DNA of 64,000 nucleotides from positions 401,958 to 465,957 of the forward strand of contig CAVTJR010000001.1 in the NCBI GenBank assembly GCA_963735115.1, in the 5' to 3' direction. The stretch comes from an uncultured Actinomycetota bacterium. Its GTDB lineage: Bacteria; Actinomycetota; Acidimicrobiia; Acidimicrobiales; Bog-793. The notes under the pieces are model-generated. The model ran no database searches. It saw only the letters and a list, made by a program, of their open reading frames with translations, and was not told the DNA's origin. Position 1 is the stretch's first letter; every line of letters starts with the position of its first letter. This document shows, one piece after another, positions 63,164 to 64,000 of this stretch. The translations under genes and the position numbers were made by a program.

Positions 63164-64000
63164 TCAGGGCGCCGGCCCGTCGATGAGGCGAACCGTCACG
63201 GTCCGCGTGCCTGCCGGCCCGTCGAAGGTGACCTTCGCCGTCTCGCCGGGTCGTTCCGCCGTGACGAGGGACCTCAAGACGAAGACCGTCGCTGTTGGCG
63301 TGCCGTTGAAGTCGACGATGACGTCGCCTGGCTCGATGCCGGCTCGGGCGGCGGGGTCGCCGAGCACGATCCGGGTCACGGGAACTCCCGTCGTGGCGTC
63401 CCCGGACTCCGGCGGCTGCCCCACGACCCCAAGAAACGCCGGCAGCCCGAGCACCACGCCGGCCCCGCTGTGTCGCTCTTCGATGGCGCCGGCGATGGTC
63501 GAGACGCGGTTGATCGGCAGTGCGAAGCTCACCAAGCCGTCGGCCGCGACCGCCGTGTTCATTCCGATGACCTGGGCGTCATCGTCCACAAGGGGCCCAC
63601 CGGAATTGCCGGCTCTGATCGTGGCGTCGGTTTGAATGAGGCCGCTGAGCTGCTCCGGCCTCGAGATGAGCTCGTCGCTGGCAGAGATCGAGCGTCCGAG
63701 GGCGGTGACGGCTCCGGTCGTCACGGCGGGTGTGCCGCCACGCCCGAGGGCGTTGCCGATGGCGACGACGGTGGTGCCGATGGCGACCGTTGCCGAATCG
63801 CCGAAGTGGACTGTCGGCAACCCGCCCAGTCCGCCCACCTTGATGACCGCAACGTCGGCGGACGGGTCAGCTCCGACGAAGGACGCCGCGTAGGGAGTCT
63901 GGTGACCGTCGATCGACACCTTGATGCTCGTGGCGTCTTCGACGACGTGGTTGTTCGTCACGATGTAGCCGTCGCTCGAGACGATCATCCCTGTCGCCGC
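63164..64000 (-). CDS. HtrA/PepD-like S1C serine protease with PDZ domain (5' end outside window)
   Basis: GYIVTNNHVV, catalytic GNSGGPLVD and a C-terminal PDZ (GIEPGDVIVDFNG). Confidence 0.85.
   Translation of the reverse strand, partial: AATGMIVSSDGYIVTNNHVVEDATSIKVSIDGHQTPYAASFVGADPSADVAVIKVGGLGGLPTVHFGDSATVAIGTTVVAIGNALGRGGTPAVTTGAVTALGRSISASDELISRPEQLSGLIQTDATIRAGNSGGPLVDDDAQVIGMNTAVAADGLVSFALPINRVSTIAGAIEERHSGAGVVLGLPAFLGVVGQPPESGDATTGVPVTRIVLGDPAARAGIEPGDVIVDFNGTPTATVFVLRSLVTAERPGETAKVTFDGPAGTRTVTVRLIDGPAP

Overview
The window is high-GC and looks like Actinomycetota: it has WhiB-like, F420/DDN-type, MMPL and MprAB-like genes. All function calls come from motifs read by eye in the supplied translations. 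No searches were run. Roughly three blocks are visible.

(1) 1-18.3 kb is chromosomal backbone. It holds the ppdK 3' end, a dnaG and sigma-70 pair, tRNA-Asn and several GNATs. It is also rich in secreted proteins: an S1 protease, an S53 sedolisin, a possible G1-like protein and a beta-propeller/Ig protein. It contains an ECF sigma gene overlapping a membrane-anchored serpin gene.

(2) About 18.5-44.8 kb is an accessory region built by stacked integrations at one tRNA-Met(CAT) gene.
- The tRNA 3' half occurs as two perfect 47-bp copies at 25.86 and 28.53 kb, with a decayed copy near 18.5 kb.
- The two older islets are decayed and related. Both carry Phd/VapC pairs. Their cargo includes an ABC-2 exporter, a K+ channel, CorA and a Wbl-like gene.
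- The youngest segment (28.6-44.7 kb) is an xis-int plus MobF-relaxase mobilizable element.
- It carries a three-level nest: an ISL3 transposase gene is split by an IS21 element, and the IS21 istB is split by a recombinase-in-trio (RIT) element.
- It also carries a low-GC two-gene cassette of unknown function.

(3) 44.8-64 kb is backbone again. It holds an MFS transporter, redox enzymes, an MMPL transporter, a NERD protein, a peroxiredoxin and a BglII-like endonuclease with an MT-A70 methylase. It also holds an SOS-boxed dnaE2 and an htrA plus two-component-system cluster.

At least four genes carry single-base frame disruptions, so either sequence quality or pseudogenisation is an issue.

The most unusual item I can support is the ECF sigma / membrane-anchored serpin / divergent S1 protease module. 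It looks like a protease-sensing switch that I do not recognise as described. No CRISPR arrays or rRNA genes were seen.
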